64,000 bases of DNA from Ostrea edulis (taxonomy: Eukaryota): contig NC_079164.1 of the NCBI RefSeq assembly GCF_947568905.1, forward strand, positions 77,500,001 through 77,564,000. Direction: 5' to 3'. The notes beneath the pieces were generated by a model. The model worked only from the letters and a program-made list of their open reading frames with translations, was not told the DNA's origin and did not search any database. Positions within the stretch are counted from its first letter, which is position 1. Each line of letters begins with the position of its first letter. The position numbers and the translations under genes are program-made. Positions 38,701 to 50,700 of the stretch are shown one piece after another.

Positions 38701-41700
38701 CACAAGATCAGTTGTTTTTAACTCTGATGAAACTCAGACAAGCAAAAGAAGATGTGGAACTTGCTATGCTCTTTAAAGTCTGTGAATCTACTGTTTCTAA
38801 AATTGTAACAACTTGGATTAACTTTTTGTATTTTCAATTAAAAGAGTTAGAGGAACAATTCTGGCCTTCTAAAGACATCATTAAAGAACATATGCCAACA
38901 GATTTTGCTAAAAAGTTTCCCAATACACGCGTAATTTTAGATGCAACCGAGCAACCAATTCACAAACCATCAAATGTTGAGGCACAATCCAAAACATGGT
39001 CTTCTTATAAACACAAAAACACGTTGAAAACCATGGTAGGTGTAACTCCAAATGGAGCAGTATCTTATGTATCCTCTACTTATGGGGGCTCTGTGTCTGA
39101 CAGACAAATCATTGAACACTCTACTCTGCTAGATGTAGGCAAATTTGATGCTGGTGACAGCATTATGGCAGATCGGGGAATTCTTGTTCAAGATTTATTT
39201 GCGAATCAGAATGTTTTTATTAATACACCTACGTTTCTCAAGGGCAAAAGCCAACTTGACCCCGAAGAAATAGTTAGAGATAGGCGAGTTGCCTCAAAAC
39301 GTATTCATGTAGAGAGGGTGATTGGGCTTGCAAAGAGGTTCAAAATTTTGAAACATGAGCTACCAATGTCAAAAATCCCCCTAGCTTCCAGAATTGTGTA
39401 CATTTGTTTTATGTTGTCAAATTTTAGGAATTGCATTGTTGATAAAAGTGCTTAAACATGTGCCAGTAGTATATCAAAATGTACATGCATACATGTCTAA
39501 GTTTAATAAATGTATGCCCTGCACATACAGTGAATCCCTTGAGAGTTGTGTTCATATTTCTGCTTACAAGTTTTAAATGTATCGTACCTTTTTTGTATCC
39601 TTTATGCAACATGTGCTGTCAATATTCAAAGGGATACATCATACAAGGATCTTGGTAGACATATCAACTTTTAAGTGTAAAAGCTATTTACCTTGAAAGG
39701 GTCAAAGTACAATATCTTTTTTTAAAAATCAATTTAAAAAGTTTAACACTTTATATAACCAACATCTATGCATTGTTACATGTATATTGTCAATACAGAA
39801 AATTTCATATCATGGATATGCAATGTATTTCATCTGAAATTGATTGGCATTCTGGGCAGAAACTTAGGCAAAAAAACATGAAGAATCATTTGCAGACTCT
39901 AATGAAATCATGAATACAAAAAAGATTCTGTATAAAAAAAATGAACTGTCTCGATAAATCATTTAGAAGAAACTTTTACACAAGTTTGCATATATGCTTC
40001 CACTTTACAGCAAGGATAACAAGTATGGCATGAAAAATTTATCATAGAATACATCAAGCTTTGGAAGAAGAGAATTCTGGCAACATTCTACATCAATATG
40101 TACTTTCTGGATGAACAAATCTTTGAAAGTGTATACAACAAAATAGCAAATTTGTTTTTTGGCAATAAGCATTTGGCCTTGTATTTGGAAAAAATATTTA
40201 GAGGTGGGTTTCAATTTCATTTCACCAGTTACAGAGTCCATTGTTAGATATGGGAAGTACTTTCCAGGCTGAATCTTCTCAAAGCGACCAGCAAAGGGAC
40301 ATTTGACTTCAATTAGTGCATCATTGCCAACGAGTCCATCCGGTGATGCCCCCAAGTAAGGTCGATCCATATCAACAAAGAAACCACATCTTTGAACACC
40401 TTGGCCAGTCTCTCTTTCAAAGGATCTGTAATGAGAGATAAAAATAAGAAAAGGCATATAATATATGTAAATAATAATTTACTGATTTGACCAATGCTTA
40501 TATAGAGCGTTAAGATTTACAAACCAGGTCTCTGCTGTACACGTGATTGTCTGACTAGCTCACACTAAAACATACCTAATAGCACGTGTCTCGTAGGTAC
40601 TTCCATGGACTAGAGCTTCACTGCGAAATACAGCAGCAGAAGGCTGGTATAGGGACTCGCAGAGTTTCTGCCTATTACGCCTGTCTGTAGCTAAACAGAT
40701 ATCTCCAAATCTTGAGGCTGTGATCCGCCATGATCTCTCCTTGAACCAATTATTTGAGCTGGCTTGTCCACGTGTCTGCTCCTCAATGGCAACTACTTTA
40801 TCTGCTGTTACCTTTAAAAAATTGTATATAACAAAAACCATATATCTTGTACTGTGTTTTGTAGTATAAAATTGCATGGTATTAGTAATACATATGAACA
40901 TGAGAAAAAATCCTTGCAATCAATTTACATTGCACATTATATCTTATTTTAACACATATACAACATTTGCACAAATGTCATAAAATTTAATTTTGTTGAA
41001 ATGCAGTTTAAGCCAATTAACAAAAGACCTACCTCAACAGCTCGTTGAACCCAATACTCTGTGAAGGGTCTTTCCAAATAATCATGGTCCAATACTGCTG
41101 CCTAGTGAAACAAAAGGTGTTACAGTTTGTTTGTTATTAAACACTTTATTTTATATGTGCAGTTTTACCCATCACTACTTACTGCTTTAGATTAACAGAC
41201 TTATAATTTTAAAATCAACATTTTATATGCATTACTAATATAGCTTGCTATAAGTTCACTATCGAGATACTTTTGACTTGACACTGCTTATAATTAGCGA
41301 TGTACAGGGACATTAAGTGAGATTCTTGCTTGTGTGAGTAATGCATTTTCATGCTTATGTTTACCTGAATATTTGCTTTCTCGATGAGATATCTGTATGT
41401 CAGATTGTCTGAGGTCTCTGCACAATGGTTTAAGACCATATTGCGAACCCTATCCGGGTAACCAGCTACACCTTTTAGATGTTCAGGGCGGGGATCATTT
41501 AAAAAATCATCAGTCAGATTCCGCTTCCTGGGCAGATCTTCAGTTTTGACTGGTGAACCTATATCAAAATTTGAATATGTTAAACATGTGGAAAAAAAAT
41601 AAATTATTGTACTTGATTCAATATATGGTCATAAAACTATTGCTTCTGTTCATCATGGAACATCACATAATATTCATGTATTTTTACCTGAGTATGAATG

Positions 41701-44694
41701 TTTGGGTTTATGAAATGTCTGCAGGTTTTCTGTGCATGATCTCTGAATCCTCAAACCTTTTCCTTCACAACAAGAGAGTAAAACTATGGCAACAGCAGCA
41801 AGATGCTTGCAAGTTCCATGGGGACCTCGTCCTGCAGGACACTCACAATGGCTGTTCAAGATGTCTCCCGAGTTTTTGTCAAATTTTAATTTGAAGTTGT
41901 ATGTTACCTTTAATTTGAAATACATACATGTATTCTGGGTAATATAATTTTTTTTAGTTATTTTTACAAAAATATCTCAGTACAGAGTAATAAAATAAGA
42001 GAAAATAACTGATAACATACATGGTACATGTACAATTAGTACTACAATGTATATTATATCCACAAATTAAATGTAATACTTGCCTTTGTTTTCATGGCTG
42101 CGCCAACAATGCCTGTAAAGAACAGGGAATTATCTTCCTTTAAATATGACACAGCCAAGACTCTATCACTTTCAACAAGCAGCCTTCCTTTCTCGATAGC
42201 CTTGACATCACCAGTGCTTTGTCTGTCACCTACACATAAGTACAAGCTCATGATTTTAAAATTTATTTACTTATAAACACATAATTATATATATGTACAA
42301 ATTATTCTATAAGATATTGCACATTCATTAAATGACTCCTAATGTTAGATGTATGTTTTACAAAAATGTTGTTCTTAATCATACAAGTAAATTATAAGAA
42401 CAAACCTGCTAATCTATGTACAAAATACATGTCTATCTGCTCAATGCCTATCTCTGGGATTTCTTCTTTATGTGATTCCTGGAGCTGTTGAAATCCCCTC
42501 GTTGGCCAATCAACTTCCAAAGGCTCAGGTATATGAATTGGGTCATTCTTGAAATCTTTATTTCTATCATATGCCTTAAGCCTACAATAAAGTACTGTAC
42601 AATGTCCACTTCCCATAAAAAAAATATTAGGTACCAAGACGTACTAGTACATGTCAGTGAATGCCATTGTATCATGTATTACAATATTAACAACAGTCCG
42701 TATAGTACTATAATTATTACGTATAATTGATGACATAAATATAACTTATATCACATTAATTTATTGAATTTTGATGCATTTTGATAAAAGAATTGTCGCA
42801 CTGAGCATCAAAACAATATTTAGGCATAATCATGCCGGCGTAAACATCCTCCGTCGTCTGCATGGGTGCAGAGCTACGAATTTGTTGAAATATTACAAAC
42901 GAAAATAACGGCTATGAGGTATGAAACTACAAACCTGTCTATAAGGTCGGCTTTTCTGCCTCTCGTGGTGGCTCCTTTTTTCTTTAACTTGTCTTTGAGT
43001 CGAGAGACGGAAAACTTTACGTAAGTTTCTCTTTCCATTTCAGTGTTTACAAGCGTCTAAGTGAAATAAAGCGTTTTAACGTATCCCCCATAACGACATA
43101 ATTTTTAGAACCGGTAACGGTCGTCGGCGAATACCATTGAATGAGACGATCGAGCAGTTTGAATGACATGTTTGATGTAATACAACAAGAGTTTTCATTG
43201 GCCGATTACAGCCCGCCCACTTTCTCGAGCTGATTCAGGTGACCGGTGATCAGATAAGATGGACGGACTAGAAAATTACTAGTTGGAGAACTGTAGCTCT
43301 CTGAAAAAATATTGTGACGGAACAGAGCTACAGATCCAGCTCTTATAAAAACCTTCGATTTACAGGGCACCAAAAGCTGCGCACGGTTGAGGAGACATCG
43401 CGTTATCGGTGTATTCTTGTGTTGCTGTCTCGTAAATTCAATATTTAAAAAATCTTAACATATTTTCCTACTATACCTGTGTCCAAACATACCTTCAAAT
43501 ATTCATTAAAGCCACACACAACCCGAAAACTCGCAGTTTCAAATGATTTCGTTTGTTGACGTAGCCATATTAGGTAGCCGGTCAATTCGAACTCTGTTGC
43601 TATTTCAAATTTGTACAATTATTAAATGTTCATATAGATGTACACGAACTTTGTAATTTTGGGAAATATTTATGTCTTACACTTAAGTTACGAGAAAACT
43701 TTGTTTTAAAGTTATTCTCCATTGTTTGAATTTGTACATCGCCATACATTGCCATTTTTGTGTATTTATGTATACATACATGTATTGTAACTTATATGAT
43801 AAGACATATGTCTTAAGCTATAAAGATAGTACATGTAACTGTATTTAAATCTATAAAGTGATCTTTGTACACTTTACATCATACTACAATGCTTCTTTTG
43901 TATCAAAGCCATGGATGGCAAATATTCCAATGCTTAAATTATGTCTGCTGTTTCTTGTTTTATAGCATCAGACAGATAATTCTTTGTTTTCCCTAGTTTT
44001 AACAAGATTACTGGAAGCACTATATAATATGCCTGTCACGAGCATAATTTAGGCTCTTTTTCTTAAGCTATGAGTTGTAGAACTTTACTTAAGGTAGTAT
44101 CAGCCAACATCAAGCTGTGATATATACTTCACTTTTGATTGTATGAATATAAGGTCCTAGCTTAAAAACTGTGACAGGAGGTAGATGCATATAAAACAAG
44201 AATGTGTGTAAAATGTTTCCCCAAATAAACCAAGTTCAACAACTTGTCAATTTTTTCTCATTGATTGATAGATTGTATATTGTTTAATGTCTCTCTCTCG
44301 AGAATATTTCACTCATATGGAGACATCACCATTGCTGGTGAGTTTGGGCTGCAAAATTTAGGCCTATATATATGCTTGTAAAGAACGATAACTATACTGG
44401 TAATTGTCAAGATAACTTGTACGTTGATCACGTGAATATTCAACAAACAACTTGTTGAAACAACAAAAATGGCCGCGTTCTGTATCGCATTGCGTACTGG
44501 TAATTGCTGCTTTATTGCATTGTCCAATTAAAATGAACTTCGTCAATTGCTGTTATCTCTCATTTTATGCAATTTCTATATATTATAGAATTACATTTGA
44601 TGTTGGTAGAGAACTCGGATTACTTCCTAAGGTGCACTCGGGCTGTTTTCAAGTTTGTGAAAAATACATGAATTTGTAGTCTTGTTGTTTGGGG

Positions 44695-44739
<45 letters not shown>

Positions 44740-47700
44740 TGTGTGGTGTTGTTTTTCTGGAATCGACAGAAAGGATGTCTTGGGGTGGATATGAATATAT
44801 GGTAGTTTCAGTAAATTAATTGTACAATTTTACAATGCATTCCATAACGTATGTGATAAACATGTACTATGAAAATTTGGGGGGCCAGTAAATTCAGACA
44901 GTTCACTGGTCCGACTGGCCAGCAAGTTTTAAATGTTTTCATGAAGACTGTATGCCACAAGGAATACACATGTGAAAGCCCTATCCTATAACCATTCAAA
45001 AGTTATGGCCAAAGTTAAATTTTTTCAAAAGTAGGTCAAACTTCAAGGTCATGATGTCAAATTTTCTTTAGTACAATAAGAAAGGTCTTGTCAAAAGGAT
45101 CTAAACACAGGTGTACAAAAATCACAACATGGCCATCATCTATGGTAAATGGATACATCTTTTGGTTATTCTATGACTTAAGGAAATTCAGTATCAAACT
45201 TATCCTGGAATACTTGTGGATAATATGATGTGTCTTCAGTATCTATTTAAACTTCATTTCTTTCTTGTTGGCCTACATTAAAATTTTAAAGATAGCAAAG
45301 CAGAAAAAAATACCCAGATCTCTGATCTGTCTTAAATATTTTCTCAGAGAGCTACAGTTCTGCATTTACACAGCATGTATATAAAAGATAAAACAAACCT
45401 GAAATTCTATAGCGTGTAGTTTCATTTTCAAACCTTTTTATACCAAATTTTCTAAAAAACACACAGAAATATTTGTTTAATAGGCCAATTAAAATTAATT
45501 GATAGATTATCATCCCCGCCCGCCCCTCAAAAAAGGGCCCCATACCGATTTTTTATATTTTCACAAAAATTACGATTTCAAACAAACTTGCTTCCCAGTG
45601 ACATGAGGGAATGATTAAAGTCACCGAACGTTGGTTTTATATCTTTTACCAAGGACTATTTGAATGTTAACTTGATTTAATAACTCTTTGTGTGATGTCT
45701 TTTGTCATTAATTTTTTTTTTCTCAGGGGAAATAAAAATTTAAAAATAAAACCCTCCCACCCACCCCATATTTTTTTTTGACCCCAGATGATAATCTACT
45801 ACATTAAGTTGAATTGGCCTTATCATTATTTAACTTAATTCACAACTGAAAGTTTGGAAAAGTACTGAATCACAATAAAAAAATGAATCACTATCAATCT
45901 CAGAAACCAATTTCTTGGTCTTATCATTAAGGACAGATGATACAAACAATTTTTTTCTTTCGAAGAGACTTTATATGATGTCATTCTTTTATAAAAGTGG
46001 ATAATTCCTTGAATTCTTTTCCCCTTTGACTTGGAGAGTGAAATATTTTCTGTATTTCCAAAAAAGTACAAAACAATAGTTGTCATGGTAAATCAGTTTA
46101 TTCTTCATTTCTTTACCTTCTTTATCCCTCAAAAAATGATTGTCAAGGAGAACAGAGTGTACTGATATTAGATTTACAACATAACATGTAAAATATTAAT
46201 TCATTACAAATTTTGCACTTGGAAAATACTAGTTGCTGCTTCAATAAAATTACATATATGGACATTGCACCCTCAGTAAAGGTTTACAAATTAAAATAAA
46301 CTTCATATGTTGACTTAATGTTTAAAGTGTAATATAAACTTAAAAAACATATACCATACGGGGTGAATTTTCTGAGTAGAAGCAAAATTGTAAAAATCAC
46401 ATTGGCTGATTTTCTCAAGACAAAGAAGAGTTGTCTCCCATAATATAACTTATAAGAGTAAAATTTAACAACTTCTGAAAATAATTTACAATGGCATATA
46501 TGATTTTTACTATTTTTTGTCACTCTTGGTTTTCCTTTGCTATTCATCTCTGAAAATAATAAAGAAATGCCTAATACAGGTTCTCTTTGATGTGCCATTT
46601 TACGTTAGTTTCTGCATTACGACGTTTCCCAGTAGAAACAGGAGAAAGATGACTGCATGTTTCCTGCTGACATCTTATATATAGCAATGATCCAAGTCCA
46701 TAGCATTTTTCGTCCTCACAATGTCTTAAATCTAGTGGTCTACCACACGCAGCACAACCTTTTTCCAAATTGTCCACTAGAATTCCAAGTTCCACAACTC
46801 GTCTCCCACATCTCCAACAAATCATCTCCTCATGCTCTTCTTCACTCTCTGATGCATCAGATGGATACGTGTCTTCATTTCCTAGGTATTCTTGTGAATT
46901 ATCACCAGACGAACAATTTTTTCTTGATTCATCCAGCTTCTCCTCGATAACCACGTTGTTATTGGCATCAACATTCACTATCTTACATCCAAGGGATAAT
47001 ACATAACCTGTCCTAGCATTCTGTAACCTTTGAGGATTTTTTTACCAATAAATCTTCCTGATTTTTTCCTCCTGAATGATTCTGGCACCATAATTGTTTA
47101 CATTGTTTACTGACCCCTGCTCTTAAAACACAGAAGAGTTCCAAACAACTATAAATGAGAAAACCAAAACCAACCAAAATATTTTTTTACCATGGGAACT
47201 CTTCAGAGCTAAAGGTAGAAAAATTTGTATATATCATCTGGCCTTAAGGTGGACAATGAATGCGGCCACTCTAATTTCATAGAATATGGCGATGCATGAT
47301 AATTTCGGTTCACTTCAATCACTTCAATTTGACGCTACCATAAATCAATTGATGCTAGCTGATTGATTTCCCGATTGTGGGCACGTAGGTATATATCTTT
47401 TGATTTGAAATGTCCATGCAATTTACACAAAATTCATCTTTTGCTGGAGGAGGAGACTCATCACTTTGCGTAATATGCGCAGTATCAAAGACACCGAAAT
47501 TCACAAGGTGACAGAACAATTGTTAGAAAGAAAATGCCACACTGACTAGGTCAGTCGGAGCTTTTGAAACATCATCAAAAAAATAAATAAACAAATTATA
47601 ACGAGGATTAATAGCAATTAAAATATCGATAAGACTTACTCCACAAATTACATACTAATTCGATTATTTAACAAAATTATTCATTGGAAGCAAATTATAA

Positions 47701-50700
47701 CGAGGATTAATAGCAATTAAAATATCGATAAGACTTACTCCACAAATTACATACTAATTCGATTATTTAACAAAATTATTCATTGGAAGACAAAATCACC
47801 TCATTCAAGCAATCTAAAATTGCCCATGGGATATAGATCTAGAGATTGGATACTCAATATCTTTATAGTATTCTGCAAAATGTACAGCACATTATATTCA
47901 CAAGATACCATTTACTCTGTGTGACATTGTGAAAATACACCTTGACACTTCGTGAACACACCGAGGGCTTTCAGAGTCTAGGGATGTGCAGGAACCGCAA
48001 CTTCGTTTTTATTTTACTTGAATAAAGCTTATTTGTTAAGGTAGACCTATACTCGGCCTTAAATGGACTCAATCATGAAAAAATTGCCTATATAAGATAG
48101 ATATATATTCCAGTAATAGATAAACATTGAAAAATGTATAATGTTAACATGCTAATTTCATTGTTATTGCTTCTCAAAAGTAAGTACCCCATCCACATAT
48201 AATCAGCATTAATGAAAATGTATTCCTCCTTCTTATTTTTCTTAATAATTATTATTTTTACAAAACAAAAGGGCTGTAATAAGCAACATAGACTATATAC
48301 CATTATTTAATGATATGTGATCATTTATTTTAATAAATTTGAATAACTATTTTCATAATGTACACTTTATGAGCCCAAACATTTTAAAAGAAGTACTGTT
48401 GAAAATGTCATTTGATTTCAATATTGGTCTTTCCTCCCAATTTTTATGGACTAAACCTTGAATAAATTGTTTCTAATTTACAGATTATTATCTCAGAAAA
48501 AGGATTTGCGTAAGAAAATCATATGTCGACGTATCATTTTAAAAGCTATAAGCTCTATAACAAGTACTTGAATAACTTGAATAAACTTGAATAACTTGAA
48601 TAACAATAACAAGGGGGGGGGGCCTCCAAAAAAAATCTTGAATTATACATTATCATATTTTCATATGACATGTGAAATTTTAGTATATTTACAACCTTGG
48701 ATAATAATTTGAACTATGTTATACTATGAGTATTAAAGATACATGTGGGTTGCAATTAGATTTTACATTTTATCTGAAAACAAATTTTGAATTTTGATGG
48801 TTTTGCTATTATGATTAATGCATGTGTGTAATGTGTGTTATATCTTTTATCGTGAAATCATTTGCATGTACATAAATTGGATATACGTACATGTACATGT
48901 ACACTTACGTCGATCTATGTAGATGCAATCTCAATAAGGAACTAATCACGTTGTACAGATGCTGCCCCAATAATTTTGAAAAAATGGAGAGGGGTTGAGG
49001 AAAAAATGACAAATTTATGACGGTCGGTGAAATAAAACAAATTATTTGCAGCCGTTCTTTGAAGCTTGCGTCAATATCTGCAACATTGGCGCAGCAAAGT
49101 GTGAACTTTTATTTTTACACAAGCTTACCATGTATTTGTTCTGACATGATAATTTCGATTCAACAGCTGCATAGTTTTGAATTAGCAATTATTACGCTCG
49201 AGAATTTATTACTCATATGGAGACGTTACCATTGCCGGTGAAGGGCTGCAAAACTTAGGCCTATGCTCGATGGCCTTTGAGTAGGGATTTTTAGCGTGCC
49301 ATACCTGCTGTGACATGGGGCCTCTGTTTTTGTGGTCTCATCCGAAGGACCGTCCCATTTAGTCGCCTCTTGCGACAAGCATGGGGTACTGAGGACCTAT
49401 TTTAACCCGGATCCTCACAAAAGAAATAATATTATTATTATGATGCTGGTGGAAATATGAATTGGTCCCCCTTTCCCATCCGTCTCTCCATCTTTCTGAT
49501 GCCCGCATAATTCCATATGTTGAACATGGATCATTGTAAAACTTTTACATACATGAATAGTCAATGTATCTCACGGACGCCCTTATCTGCCAAAATATTG
49601 TCTGTTCAGCTCCAACCAATTTTTTTCTAAAGCTTGAATCATCTTTGGCCCCCCTCCCTTTTTATTTAAATACAAAATTTGACCACAGCTGATAAGAACG
49701 CATTAGAAGGAATCAATATCGGACAATCATATCGCCATGTAAAAATCAAACCGATATCTTTAGAATACCACATTTCGGAAAATGGACGCATGGTTCTGCA
49801 TTTACATTTGATTGTGACGTAAGCCGTGTATAGGTCTACTTTAATTTGTTGTTGTACACTGACTCTGTGATATGATATGAAATTCCGTCCCCCGCCGCGC
49901 CTGCCTTAGAAATAGTTGATCTGTAATTTCTAACCTTGCATGTTGATAATTAAACTATACTAATGAAATCATGGCATGAAATGAGAAGGGATATAACTTT
50001 TAGAATTCTTTAAATTAAAAACTGACCTGTCCCGTTAGAAAAGCCAGAATGTTTCCCTCCTTTTCCTGATGGTGAATTTTAGTGATGGTCTCTACTGTAG
50101 CCTTAATGTAATCAGGAACTGGGCTGAAAACAAGTACACAAAAAGAATAAATGAATACAGAGCATCTTCAATATAGCCCTCCTTCTGAAAAAGGTTTTTA
50201 AAACATTGTATTTAGATTTTCAAGTATCATCATGCTTCTTAAACACAGCTAGTATATACAACGCTATGCAGGTGACTTGAGATGGTTCAAACTTCAATCC
50301 CTTGGAAGTTCTCAATCTCAAATTCCCGATCTCCCAACACCTTCAATCTTTCGAAGTAAAATTAAGATTCTTTACACTTTACTCTCAATATTTGGAAGTG
50401 CTGTTTACACCGGCCAATGGTCATTAATGTGCCCGTTTCGAGATGGATCCGAGTTATTTCCCTTTGGAGAACTCTCGTAGATAGTAAGGCACAAAACAAC
50501 TTGTCTACATGTGGGAGTGGGACAAATATTCATCACTTCATAACTAAATGTGCTCAGTTTCTCATACGCAGTTTTATCACGCGAATTCAACTGATACACA
50601 AACAAAGTAAATCATAAGCATTTGGGGAGTAATTGAATACATGGAATTCTTATTATATCACTTTCTTTCATTGCTCATATGTATCACATCCAGGATATTA

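Larger units (their letters stand above)
37289..43135. mobile_element. ISL2EU-type (PIF/Harbinger-related) DNA transposon, apparently complete and autonomous
   Basis: AT at 37287-37288 and 43136-43137 (TSD); ~95-bp imperfect TIRs sharing CCGTTWCCGGTT, TTATGGGGGATAC, AAAACGCTTTAT, TTAGACGCTTG, GTAAACA; two convergent intact genes. THAP-DDE plus YqaJ is the recalled ISL2EU gene pair. Confidence 0.88.
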
